Shown in pieces: positions 1-11,108 of a stretch of DNA of 64,000 nt (positions are counted from its first letter, which is position 1; the number at the start of each line of letters is the position of its first letter). The notes beneath the pieces were generated by a model, which was not told where the DNA came from, did not search any database, and saw only the letters and a list, made by a program, of their open reading frames with translations. This DNA is from Cetorhinus maximus. Lineage: Eukaryota. The stretch lies in contig NC_135881.1 in the NCBI RefSeq assembly GCF_964194155.1, positions 70,556,001 to 70,620,000 of the forward strand. The letters are read 5' to 3'. Both the position numbers and the translations under genes were made by a program.

Positions 1-615
1 ATTTTGGGTAGGAGGTAGAAGCGGGCCGTCCGAGGTTGGGCGACTATCAAGTTGGAAGCTGTGGGAGGAAGATCTCCAGAGGAGATGAGGTCAGTGACAG
101 TCCTGGAAACAATGGCTTGATGTTCTGTGGTGGGGTCATGGTCCAGGGAGAGGTAGGAGGAAACGTCTGCGAGTTGACGCTCAGCCTCCGCGAGGTAGAG
201 GTCAATGCGCCAGACAACAACAGTACCACCCTTGTCAGCGGGTTTGATGACAATGTTGGGGTTGGACCTGAGAGAACGGAGTGCAGTGAGTTCAGAGAGA
301 GACAGATTAGAATGGGTGAGAGGAGCAGAGAAATTGAGACGGCTAATGTCACGCCGACAGTTCTCAATGAAAAGATCAAGAGAAGGTAAGAATCCAGAGG
401 GAGGGGTCCAAGTGGAGGGAGAATATTGGAGGTGGGTAAAAGGATCCATTGAACGGGGAGAGGACTCCTGCCCAAAGAAGTGAGCACGGAGACGAAGACG
501 GCGGAAGAAGAGTTCAGCATCGTGCCGAGCCCGAAATTCATTGAGATGAGGGCGTAAGGGTATGAAACTAAGTCCTTTGCTGAGTACTGAACGTTCAGCA
601 TCGGAGAGGGGAAGG
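1..615 (-). mobile_element. Second Penelope-like copy (N-terminal/RT-proximal part), inverted, running off the window start
   Basis: 1-615 is the reverse complement of 740-1354 (paired coordinates sum to 1355; mirrored ORFs 36..389/966..1319 and 205..483/872..1150). I saw about 4 substitutions. Confidence 0.93.
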
Positions 616-2912
616 AACGCAAGCTCCAACAACTCATCGACTCCAACACCCATCGGGGACCCTCCACCCCTGCTTGTCCCTCCGTCCTCACCCCATCTTC
701 CAATCCCAGCCCCAGCCGCGTATTCACTATACCCCCTGACCTTCCCCTCTCCGATGCTGAACGTTCAGTACTCAGCAAAGGACGTAGTTTCATACCCTTA
801 CGCCCTCATCTCAATGAATTTCGGGCTCGGCATGATGCTGAACTCTTCTTCTGCCGTCTTCGTCTCCGTGCTCACTTCTTTGGGCAGGAGTCCTCTCCCC
901 GTTCAACGGATCCTTTTACCCACCTCCAATATTCTCCCTCCACTTGGACCCCTCCCTCTGGATTCTTACCTTCTCTTGATCTTTTCATTGAGAACTGTCG
1001 GCGTGACATTAGCCGTCTCAATTTCTCTGCTCCTCTCACCCATTCTAATCTGTCTCTCTCTGAACTCACTGCACTCCGTTCTCTCAGGTCCAACCCCAAC
1101 ATTGTCATCAAACCCGCTGACAAGGGTGGTACTGTTGTTGTCTGGCGCATTGACCTCTACCTCGCGGAGGCTGAGCGTCAACTCGCAGACGTTTCCTCCT
1201 ACCTCTCCCTGGACCATGACCCCACCACAGAACATCAAGCCATTGTTTCCAGGACTGTCACTGACCTCATCTCCTCTGGAGATCTTCCTCCCACAGCTTC
1301 CAACTTGATAGTCGCCCAACCTCGGACGGCCCGCTTCTACCTCCTACCCAAAATCCACAAACAGAACTGTCCTGGCAGACCGATCGTGTCAGCCTGTTCC
1401 TGCCCCACGGAACTCATTTCTCGTTATCTTGACTCCCTTCTCTCTCCCCTTGTCCAGTCCCTTCCCACCTACATCCGTGATTCCTCTGACACCTTACGTC
1501 ACATCAACAATTTCCAGTTCCCTGGCCCCAACCGCTTCCTCTTCACCATGGATGTCCAATCCCTCTACACCTCCATCCCCCACCAGGATGGTCTGAGGGC
1601 CCTTAGCTTCTTCCTTGAACAGAGGCCCCAACAATCCCCATCCACCACTACTCTCCTCCTTCTGGCTGAACTTGTTCTCACACTGAACAATTTCTCCTTT
1701 AACTCCTCTCACTTCCTCCAAATAAAAGGTGTGGCTATGGGTACCCGCATGGGCCCCAGCTATGCCTGTCTCTTTATGGGGTATGTGGAACATTCCTTGT
1801 TCCAGTCCTACGCCGGCCCCCTCCCACAACTCTTTCTCCGGTACATCGATGATTACTTCGGTGCTGCTTCATGCTCTCGTCGGGACCTGGAAAAATTTAT
1901 TAATTTTGCTTCCAATCTCCACCCCTCCATCATCTTCACATGGTCCATCTCTGACACTTCTCTTCCCTTCCTTGACCTCTCTGTCTCAATTTCTGATGAT
2001 AGACTGTCCACCAATATCCATTACAAGCCTACCGACTCCCACAGCTACCTCGACTACAGCTCCTCACACCCCGCTTCCTGTAAAGACTCCATCCCATTCT
2101 CTCAGTTCCTTCGCCTCCGTCGCATCTGTTCTGATGACGCTACCTTCAAAAACAGCTCCTCGGACATGTCCTCCTTCTTCCTTAACCGAGGTTTTCCATC
2201 CACGGTCGTTGACAGGGCCCTCAACCGTGTCCGGCCCATATCCCGCGCATCCTCCCTCACGCCTTCTCCTCCTTCCCAGAAACATGATAGGGTCCCCCTT
2301 GTCCTCACTTATCACCCCACCAGCCTCCGCATTCAAAGGATCATCCTCCGCCATTTCCCCCAACTCCAGCATGATGCCACCACCAAACACATCTTCCCTT
2401 CACCCCCCTTGACGGCATTCCGTAGGGATCGTTCCCTCCGGGACACCCTGGTCCACTCCTCCATCACCCCCTACTCCTCAACCCCCACTTATGGCACCTC
2501 CCCATGCCCACGTAGAAGATGCAACACCTGCCCCTTCACTTCCTCTCTCCTCACCGTCCAAGGGCCCAAACACTCCTTTCAAGTGAAGCAGCATTTCACT
2601 TGCATTTCCCCTAACTTAGTCTACTGCATTCGTTGCTCCCAATGCGGTCTCCTCTACATTGGAGAGACCAAACGCAAACTGGGCGACCGTTTTGCGGAAC
2701 ACCTGCGGTCTGTCCGCAAGAAAGACCCAAACCTCCCTGTCGCTTGCCATTTTAACACTCCACCCTGTTCTCTTGCCCACATATCTGTCCTTGGCTTGCT
2801 GCATTGTTCCAGTGAAGCCCAACGCAAACTGGAGGAACAGCACCTCATCTTCCGACTAGGCACTTTACAGCCTTCTGGGCTGAATATTGAATTCAACAAC
2901 TTTAGATCTTAA
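615..2912 (+). CDS. Penelope-like polyprotein (RT + Cys linker + GIY-YIG endonuclease); frame is open upstream of the called ORF at 1305 but has no native start
   Basis: In frame from ~615: ERKLQQL...LSKG.SFIP...IKPADKGG...FYLLPKIHK...GRPIVS...DVQSLYTSI...GVAMGTRMGP...RYIDD...FLDL; CPRRRCNTCP linker; LVYCIRCSQCGLLYIGETKR...RFAEH; TAA at 2910-2912. Confidence 0.92.
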   Translation, partial: ERKLQQLIDSNTHRGPSTPACPSVLTPSSNPSPSRVFTIPPDLPLSDAERSVLSKGRSFIPLRPHLNEFRARHDAELFFCRLRLRAHFFGQESSPRSTDPFTHLQYSPSTWTPPSGFLPSLDLFIENCRRDISRLNFSAPLTHSNLSLSELTALRSLRSNPNIVIKPADKGGTVVVWRIDLYLAEAERQLADVSSYLSLDHDPTTEHQAIVSRTVTDLISSGDLPPTASNLIVAQPRTARFYLLPKIHKQNCPGRPIVSACSCPTELISRYLDSLLSPLVQSLPTYIRDSSDTLRHINNFQFPGPNRFLFTMDVQSLYTSIPHQDGLRALSFFLEQRPQQSPSTTTLLLLAELVLTLNNFSFNSSHFLQIKGVAMGTRMGPSYACLFMGYVEHSLFQSYAGPLPQLFLRYIDDYFGAASCSRRDLEKFINFASNLHPSIIFTWSISDTSLPFLDLSVSISDDRLSTNIHYKPTDSHSYLDYSSSHPASCKDSIPFSQFLRLRRICSDDATFKNSSSDMSSFFLNRGFPSTVVDRALNRVRPISRASSLTPSPPSQKHDRVPLVLTYHPTSLRIQRIILRHFPQLQHDATTKHIFPSPPLTAFRRDRSLRDTLVHSSITPYSSTPTYGTSPCPRRRCNTCPFTSSLLTVQGPKHSFQVKQHFTCISPNLVYCIRCSQCGLLYIGETKRKLGDRFAEHLRSVRKKDPNLPVACHFNTPPCSLAHISVLGLLHCSSEAQRKLEEQHLIFRLGTLQPSGLNIEFNNFRS

Positions 2913-3260
2913 ACTCCCCCTCCCCCCATCCCCACCCCGTTTCTTTTCCCCCCCCCACCCGCCTTTTTTTTCAATAATTTATATAGATTCTTCTTTCCCC
3001 ACCTATTTCCATTATTTTTAAATCTAAAACTAAAACCTTTAGTCTTTCCACCCCACCCCCACTAGAGCTGTACTTTGAATATCCTGTCTTGCATTCTTAA
3101 TTAGCACTTTTCTCAGACAAAGACCACCACCTTCAACACCTCTTTGACCCTTTTGTCTCTGACATCTTTTGATTATCTGCTCACACCACACCCTCAATGT
3201 GTCTCTTCCCCCCCACCCACCTTAAACCAATTTATATTTCTCCCTTGTTGAAACTATGCT

Positions 3261-3303
3261 TCAGTTCTGCTGAAGGGCCATGAGGGCTCGAAACGTTGAC
3301 TGA
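3261..3303 (+). ncRNA. Minimal type I hammerhead-like motif in Penelope 3' UTR (variant core CUGCUGA)
   Basis: tcagtt-CTGCTGA-a-gggcc(atgag)ggctc-GAAA-cgtt-gactga: stem I and stem II pair, with palindromic ACGT in place of stem III. Confidence 0.55.
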
Positions 3304-3729
3304 TTTCTTCTCCGCCGATGCTGCCAGACTTGCTGAGTTTTTCCAGGTAATTCAGAATTAAAAGGCATGAAGACCAAACTAAGTTCGTTCCTGGGCATCA
3401 TCATCATCATAGGCAATTGAGCTGCAAACAGGAGTCAGGCACTCTGGTGCAGATCATTTGTCCAGCCTAACCAGTTTTGGCTGGTGTTGAGGCCCAGAGG
3501 TAAATACAGACGAGGAGTAGGAAGCAATTGGAGGGGTAGGAAGCAAGAGCACTCCCGCTCCTTTCAACTCCACAAAAGTTTAAATTTAGTAAAGCTGCAG
3601 GACCTTTTATTGACTGGATTCAGAATGCTCTTTAATGTGCACTGGTCAGGCAGTTCCTGCTTTTCTGCTGCAGAAAATGGGCTGCCCTCCTGGACTCCTG
3701 GGTGTCATTTCTCCTTTCCATGAGAACGT

Positions 3730-5050
3730 GCATAGTTCCGTCAGTTACAATGGAGCAACATCATACGTTTTAAGATCAGCAGCGGGATAAAGCAGGGCTG
3801 CGTCTTGGCTCCAAGTCCCTTTGGCATATTCTTCTCCATGCTGTTATTGTATGCTTTTGGTAACTCAAATGAGAGGCATCTACCTGCATATAAGAGCTGC
3901 ATACCATTCATCTGTGGCAAGCTGTTCAGCTTGGCAAGACTGTGCACCAAGAACAAAGTGTGTAAAAGTGTTGTTTAGTGATACATATGAACATACAAAT
4001 TAGGAGCAGGAGTATACCACTAGGTCCCTCGAGCCTGCTCTGCCAGTCAATAAGATCATGTCTGATCTGATTATAACCTGATGATGCTGCACTAGCATCT
4101 CATACTGAAGTTCTCTTGCAGCAGGTTGTAAATCAGTGCTCCCAGGCCTGCAAGGAGTTTTGGGAGACAATCAGCATCAGGAAGACGAAAGTTATGGGCC
4201 AAGACATGTAGACTCCATCTTCCATCAACATCAACAACCTCACTCTGGAGGTAGTCAACAGTTTTACATACCTTAGATCAACAATTATCAGCAACCTGTC
4301 TCTTGATGCCGAAATTAACACCATGGTTGCCAAGGCCGCAGCTGTCATTGTCAAAGTTGAGAAGTTGAGTGTGGACCAGAAGCAAACTAACCGAAAATAA
4401 AACGCTCTGCATGTACCAGGCTTGTATTCTCAGAACCCTCCTTTACAGTTGTGAGGCAAGAACAACTTATGCAAGCCAAGAAAAGTGGCTGAACAGCTTC
4501 CACCTCCACTGCCTCAGACCAATATTGGGCATCTCCTGGAAAGACTGAGTGCCGAGCATGAAGGTACACCAGCTTGAGGGATCCCAGCATGTTTGCCCTC
4601 TTGAGTCAGCGGTGACTCTGTTGGCTGGATTATGTGAACTGAATGGATGATGGTGACATCCCCAAAGACATGCTCTATGGCAAGTTTTCTATCGGCATGA
4701 GACCAACAGGTCATCCACATCTGTGGTACAAGGATGTCTGCAAGTGAGACTTCAAGTTGACTGGGATCGGAGTCGATGGGTGAGAAGTCTTGCTGCTGAC
4801 CGGAGTGCCTGGCGATGAGCTGTCAGGAAGGGCATGGGAAAAGGAGAGGACCAAATAAATGACCAGATGGTGGAAAAGAGCCCGGCAGAAGGTAGAAACA
4901 TCAGTCGACCTCGGGTAAACATCATTCATCTGTGGCAGCTGCAGAAGGGACTGTCACTCACAGCCACAACAGATAATGTTCAATACAGAAGTAACAATCA
5001 CCCTGGATGCAGTCCATCATCTCCCAAGACAGACAGATGCCTACTAACTA
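3730..5050 (+). mobile_element. Decayed RTE-clade LINE, RT and 3' end
   Basis: GIKQGCVLAPSPFGIFFSMLL, DDAAL, ISIRKTKVM, LEVVNSFTYL, FHLHCLR in broken frames; tail cagatgcctactaacta. Confidence 0.8.
3982..4078 (-). mobile_element. Short CR1 3' tail inserted into the RTE element
   Basis: acatacaaattaggagcaggagta...aataagatcatgtctgatct resembles the CR1 3' ends at 18140, 33890 and 48340, and interrupts the RTE just before the DD motif. Confidence 0.7.
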
Positions 5051-5289
5051 GGCAGTTCAAGATCCAGAAATACTTTTCAGAGTTTGTACATTGTAAGAGC
5101 AGATTAGACTGAAGTGTATTTAGAATTTTGCCTTGAAATGGGCATCGGAATCTCATTTCAATATTAAAATGAGAAGAGTGTTCAATTTCCTTTTCTGCTT
5201 TTCCTCTTTTCTCTAATTCTCATTATATACTTATTCTTCCCATTCCCTTCTCAGCAACTGCACTTTCACCCCTTCTGTCACAAAGTATT

Positions 5290-5600
5290 ACTAGTATTTA
5301 CAGCATAGAAACATGCCATTTGAACTAACAGGTTCATGCTGTTATCCAAGCTCCACGTGAGCCTCTTCCCACTTTCTCTAATCCCATCAACATATCCTTC
5401 CATTCCTTTCTCCCTAATGTGCATATCTAGCCAAGCCTTAAATGCACCCATGCTATTCAACACACATGTTTCCTGTGTTAGCAAATTGCATGTTTTAACC
5501 ACTCTCCGGGTAAAGATGTTTTTCTTGAATTTCCGAATGGATTTGTAAGTGACTATCTTTTATTGATGGCCCAAGTTCTGGTCTCCACCGCAATTGAAAA
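5290..5600 (-). mobile_element. Decayed CR1 3' fragment
   Basis: Similar to the other CR1 3' ends (accactctccgggtaaagatgtttttc; AFKAWLDMHI.EKGMEGY). Confidence 0.6.
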
Positions 5601-6261
5601 CATTGGGTCAGATTTTCACAAAAGTCAGAGGGATTCTGGAGCCATTTAAAAATGGCGGCTGGACCCAATTCCGTGATTTCCACCCCTTTCTCGGTGCCCC
5701 CAATTTTTACTGGTATGGGATAAGGGTGCTGGTAGCGAGCCCACACTCTGCACTCCCAACCTGGCCACTCCATTGTGGGAGTAGGCATCTCCTAGCATCC
5801 CAGAATTTTCATGGAGTCAGACCAACATTTCCATGACTCATGGTTCATGGCCCCTCAGAGGAGTCATGAACCATAGTCTGGACTCGGGAAAGGTAATGTC
5901 AAAAAGTCTCACCCATGCCTCCTCCCAGCCAACTCAACTCAACGCTCTCAACCTGAGAGCCCAGGTACAGAGAAGTGTTGAATTTGCTTGATTGACATTT
6001 CGATGAAATCATAATAAGTTATTTTTTTCTGTAATCTCTTTTGTCAATGTCTTAATGTTTATTTGCACAAGGTTAAGAGGTGTCAAGTGCTTAAAGCTTG
6101 ATGATACTTTAATGGTCTGTTTGATAGACACTTTGATAGGATTGTAGGAATACTGGTTTATTTTCAAAGAATTATGAATGAGTATTTTTTTCTAAGTAGT
6201 TTCACACTTGCCATTGTTACTATAGGACTCATTGGTTCTCTAAATAGTGTATATAAGAAAT

Positions 6262-6350
6262 CTTGTAGTATAGTGGGTAGTGTCCCTGCTTCTGAGCTTC
6301 AACATCTGGTCTCAAGTTCCACTCCAGGACTTCTTAGCCAAGGAAGGTGA
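6262..6350 (+). mobile_element. tRNA-derived SINE head remnant
   Basis: A-box-like tagtatagtggg and B-box-like tctcaagttccactcc at tRNA spacing. Confidence 0.4.
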
Positions 6351-6354
6351 GTTC

Positions 6355-7750
6355 ATAATCTCAGAATCACAGAAACTTTATAGTGCAGAAGGAGGCCATT
6401 CAGCCCATTGAGTCTGCAGTGGTTCTCTGAAAGAGCATTCTACCTAGTACCACTCCCTTGCCTTATTCCCATAACCTTGCACATTTTTTTTCTTTTCTAG
6501 CAATCCAATTCCCTTTTGAATACCTCGATCGAACCTGCCTCCACTATTCTCTTACGAAGTTTGTTCCAGACTCCAACCACCCTCTGGGTGAAAAAAACTT
6601 TCCTCTCATCGCCTTTACTCCTTTTGTCAATTATTGTGAATCTGTGCCCTCTAGTTCTTGATGCTCCCTTGAGTGGGAACAGTTTCTCGCTATTTACCCT
6701 GTCCATACCCCTCAGGATCTTGAATACCTCCATCAAGTCCCCTCTCAACCTTCCTTTCTTCAAGGAAAACAGTCCCAACCTCTCCAATCTATCCTCAGTG
6801 CTACAGTTCTTCATCCCTGGAATCATTCTTGTGAATCTCATCTGTACCCTCTCCAATGCCTTCATATCCTTCCTCGTGTATGGCGCCTAGAACTGGACAC
6901 GGCACTCCAGGTGAGGCCTAACTAGTGTCTTATACAAGTTCAACATGACCTCCTTACTCTTGTACTCAATCCCCCTATTAATAAAGCCTAAGAAACTATA
7001 TGTTTTGTTAACTGCTCTTTCAACTTGTCCTGCTGTCTTCAATGATTTATATACATATAGACCAAGGTCCCCAGTTCCTGCAACTCTTTTAGAGTTTCTC
7101 CCTTTATTTTATTCTGTCTCACCATATTCTTCTGGCCAAAATGGGTCACCTCACACTTCTCTGCATTGAACTTCATCTGCCACTTGTCTGCGCAGCCCAC
7201 TAACATGTCTATGTCCTTTTGATATTCAAGACTATCCTCACTACAGTTGACAATGTTTCCAATCTTTGCATCATCTGCAAGTTTTGAAATCATGCCCTGA
7301 ACACCACAACCTAGGCCATTAATATATATCAGGAAGAGCAAGGGTCCCAAAACTGAACTCTTGGGAACACCACTACTAACATTCCTGCAATTAAAAAACA
7401 TCCATTTATCACTACTGTTTTTTTCTGTCACTCAGCCAATTTCTTATCCAAGTGCCTATTTTTCCTTTCGTTTCATGAACTAGAATTTTGCTCACTAGTC
7501 TGTTGTGTGTCACTGTATCAAACACCTTTTGAAAATCCATATACATGACATAAACAGTGTTGCCCTGATCAACCTTCTCTGTTACCCCTCAAAAAAACTC
7601 CAATTAAACATAATTTTCCCTTAATGAATCCATGCTAGCTTTCCTTAATTATTCTGCACTTATCTAAGCGACTATTGATTTTGTCCCAAACTATAGTTTC
7701 CAGAAGTTTCCCTACCACCGAAGTCAAACTGGCTGGTATCAGTTGTTAGT
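6355..7750 (-). mobile_element. CR1 LINE, RT C-terminus and 3' tail (disrupted)
   Basis: SGVPKSSVLGPLLFLIYIN, KLADDAKI, WQMKFNAEKC, LERVQMRFTRMIPG, RLRGDLMEVFK, FFTQRVVGVWN. Confidence 0.9.
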
Positions 7751-7754
7751 TTTA

Positions 7755-8310
7755 GTGGAATTTTCCGAGCCCGTTGGTGGCGGGCATGTTTGGTGGCGTC
7801 AGTGGACAATATGGTGAGAAGGCCAAAAATTGGTTTCGCGATGTAATGAAAGCAGTTTGCAACTGTCCACTCTGCCCGTCAATGGCGGGCGGCATTTCCC
7901 ACTTTGAGGAGTTGAGAACTCCATTGTAACACATCTGCAAATCATTATAAGCCCCGTTTGCCGGAATCATCCCCCCCACCCCACCATGCTGGGTCATCCG
8001 AGCACGTGTTTCACAACTGTACATCAGCGATGTGCACCTGGCGAGCTGCACTTCCCTCGGGACTTTGAGGTTTGTTTTCATACCTTCCTTCGGGCAGCAC
8101 TCACAGTCATCAGCACCAGGCTTCGCAGACAGCACCATAACACTTTTAGGGGGCAGGTCTCTATCTACCAGACCAACCATAAGGCGGGGTGGCTTTTCAG
8201 CAGCTGCAGGGCTAGGGCTTGCTTGGGGAAGAGGGAGAAGTGGCCTCAGGCAAGGGAAGAGGTTGCAGGATGAGGGCTGTACTGGAGAAGGGGGTGTTGC
8301 CAACACCATG
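7755..8310. mobile_element. Harbinger-derived GC-rich fragment
   Basis: Starts with a TIR-like gtggaattttcc; subterminal sequence resembles the 52651 element. Confidence 0.45.
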
Positions 8311-8439
8311 TGCCAACCAATCAGCATTCTTTTCACATACAGTATAAATTGTTGCTTTCCCCCTTATATTGGTATTCTTGCAAGTGTCCTGTAAGTACAA
8401 GACAAAAAGCTTAGACATGTCTCTTGCTTCAATAATATA

Positions 8440-8990
8440 ACCTCTTAGTTCTGGTATAATTCTAGTAAATCTCTAATGCACCTTGTCCAGTGCCTCTACA
8501 TCTTTTTTATAGTATGGAGAACAGAACTGTTCACAGTACCGCAAGATTCATCTGGTGAAAGTTCTATTTAAGTTTAACATAAGCTCTCTGCTTTTTAATC
8601 AAAATTAACCCCAAAGCTTTTTTAACCTGCATCACACTTTTAGTGATTTATGTATCTGCACCCCTCAAGGCTTTTTTTTTCTACTACCCCAATGAAACAC
8701 TTATTTTTCAAGCAATATTATTCTTACCAGAATCTATTACAGTACCTCATGCTTATCTATGTTGGAGCTCATTTTCCAAAACCATTCTGCTACTTTTTTA
8801 ATGCCTTCCTGTAGTTTGTTGCAGCCCTCCTCTGGATTAACTACATCCCACCCCCTCAACCCCCACCCCCCCCAATTGGGTGTTATCCATGAAGTTTGAA
8901 AATTATGCCTTTGATTCCTGAGCCCAAATCATTTATATAATAATGAACAACAGTGGTCCCGGCACTGATCCATTTTCACTTCCCAACATT
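8440..8990 (-). mobile_element. Old CR1 RT fragment
   Basis: Degenerate matches to the 6355-7750 copy (aaatctctaatgcaccttgtccagtgcc; aacagtggtcccggcactgatcc). Confidence 0.6.
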
Positions 8991-9076
8991 TGCCATTTCT
9001 TGAAGCTAGTGATTCAAAATGAAGGCTTTTGGAACTTCCACAAATTGCAATTCTTCAGGTATGAGCAAGATGGTAA

Positions 9077-9570
9077 GGCTGGATTTTCCTCCACCCACCA
9101 GAAACAGTAGGGTGGGACATCTGGTTGCTTAGGAGACACCATGAAAACCGGTCTCATTTTCTTGTGAGTCTTCATTTATATGCAGAACAGGTTCCCAGTG
9201 GTCTTCCTGCTCCTGACCGGTTTACTGTTTCTGGGGTAGAGGGAAATGCAATATGGTTGCAATGCTTAAAAGGCCTAAAGAATCGGCACCACAGGAAATT
9301 AGGGAGCACAAAGAGAGAGAGATAAATGGCAGAAGGTGTGCAACACTGTGGACATCTGCTGTGTTAAGAGCCCCCAGATTCTGTGATGCTTCCACTGATG
9401 TATTGTTGGCTGAGATGAGGTCAGGAAGATATTGGTTCCTCAGCAATAATAAAAGGAAAGCAAAAAAAGAGGACCATGAAGACCTCACACAGAGAAAGGC
9501 TCCTGTGCTAACTCATGCAGTCACACACGATGAGCAAAACATTTGATGGCCTATGATGTTGGCCAAGATA
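9077..9570 (+). mobile_element. Harbinger end with Myb/SANT-like gene remnant
   Basis: TIR-like ggctggattttcc; RAPRFCDASTDVLLAEM parallels AAPRFSNASLKYFLDAV near 56640. Confidence 0.55.
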
Positions 9571-11024
9571 ACTGAAGGCATGAATACCTTTGCACATTTT
9601 AGAATAATGTTAGATGCATGACTCATCTCCATACCCAACATGGTGTCATTAATGGAACGCTACAAAAAAAATCACAATACCCCTCACTCCACATGCACCC
9701 TTCACCACACTGAGTCAGCTATTAGTGACTGAGAGCAACAGTTGGAACACATCTTGTTACATCCCACTAATCAGAGAATATTTCTTTTATTCCAACTCTG
9801 TCATCAACCTTCCAATAAATTACCAACCCATATCACAAGGTTATCATATTTTCATTTTTGGTAATAATCTCTCATGTGTAACTTAAATGAAGGCCTCTGA
9901 AAGCTCATATGGACAACATCCATATACACTTCTAGCTCCACCATGCCAGCGACCACCTCAAAAAGTTCAAATAATATAGTCAGACATGACCTATTATTTA
10001 AAAATAAATTTCATTGGCATTACATACTCACTACACGTTAATAGATTAACCCCCTAAAATTAAGTATCCTCTCCTCAGTGCCTTCAGTGCCATGAGAAGC
10101 ATCAATAACCCTTACCTGTATATATCCTGCTAGTCCATGAAATTTGACTGTTTATTCTCTTTGCCTGGCAGGCTGAATAGAGGGAGGAAATGATTGAAAC
10201 ACCCACCAAGATCATCCTAACAGCTTTGACCATCTTAATACACTGGTGCATGGCATATTAGTTGCTGTACTGAAATCATCCAAGGCTGCCTGAAAGAACT
10301 TCAATAGCATTTAAATTCAACATTTTGTCTGCTGATTATTGTGGCTACTAACAACCAATAACAAGGTTGTGCTCTTTGTTGAGGTGGTTACAAGTCTGCT
10401 GTCAACGATAGTCATAATTCCTCCATGCTTATGTGGGGGCTACAGGGCAGCAGGTGCTCCACAGCATTCTAAAGCTCTGCTCCTGTGAAATATCAAAGTA
10501 TGGCCTCTGAGATCAGTACATCCTTTTGAGTAAATACCCATGTATTGGATATTGATGTCTTCTGCAGTGCCTCGCTCACTTTGCTTCCATCCTCTCTTCC
10601 TCCATAATCTCACTCTTTATTACACAAGAATAAGGGTATTCCCATGTGAAATTCTATTACTTTCTTCATAATATTATAAATTATTTTCCTCACTACAAAT
10701 TTCTGTACCATTGAGTGCTTAAAATGTGAAATGTCTCCAAAACATGCAGATTATTAGAGATTTATATGCTTAAGGAGTTAACTGAACTTTTGGAGACACA
10801 TTTGACCTGAGAAGATTTCAGACACTTGGTCGGCGGAGCCCAGTAGTCCCAGAGGAAGACCCAGTCCATTTTGTAGGCCAGGCCCCACTAGTTGTGATTG
10901 ACACTGAGTGCTCTGGGGCAGCCCGCTCGCTGTCTCTGGTTAGGAAGTAAACAGATCAATGGGATAAAGTTCGGGTCCGATTGGTCAACTGCTCAAATAT
11001 CTCCTTATATGGCTTGGTGTCAAA

Positions 11025-11108
11025 TTTTATTTGATAACACTCCTGTAAGGACCTGGGTACATTTTACTGTGTTAAAGGCACTATATAAATGTAAGCTATT
11101 ACTGTTGT
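11025..11108 (+). repeat. L2/DeuSINE-type 3' tail
   Basis: aaaggcactatataaatgtaag tail, as at ~35175. Confidence 0.55.

Larger units (their letters stand above)
615..3353 (+). mobile_element. Penelope-like retroelement, Neptune-type, 5'-truncated, with 3' UTR/pseudo-LTR
   Basis: RT-GIY-YIG ORF followed by a pyrimidine-rich 3' UTR ending in a hammerhead-like motif and the tail gatgctgccagacttgctgagtttttccaggtaattc. Confidence 0.93.

Noticed and set aside
1305-1307. Called start of the 535-aa ORF
   Set aside because: It is a TTG; the frame continues upstream through KPADKG to the fold-back junction.
47-1308. Mirror 248-aa ORFs 47..793 (-) and 562..1308 (+), plus the 117-aa and 92-aa pairs
   Set aside because: Alternative or antisense frames of the C-rich Penelope ORF, duplicated by the inverted repeat; not genes.
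1494-2899. Overlapping and antisense ORFs within the Penelope ORF
   Set aside because: Low-complexity shadows of biased codon usage.
6262-6350. tRNA gene
   Set aside because: Only degenerate A/B boxes with no full cloverleaf; SINE head.
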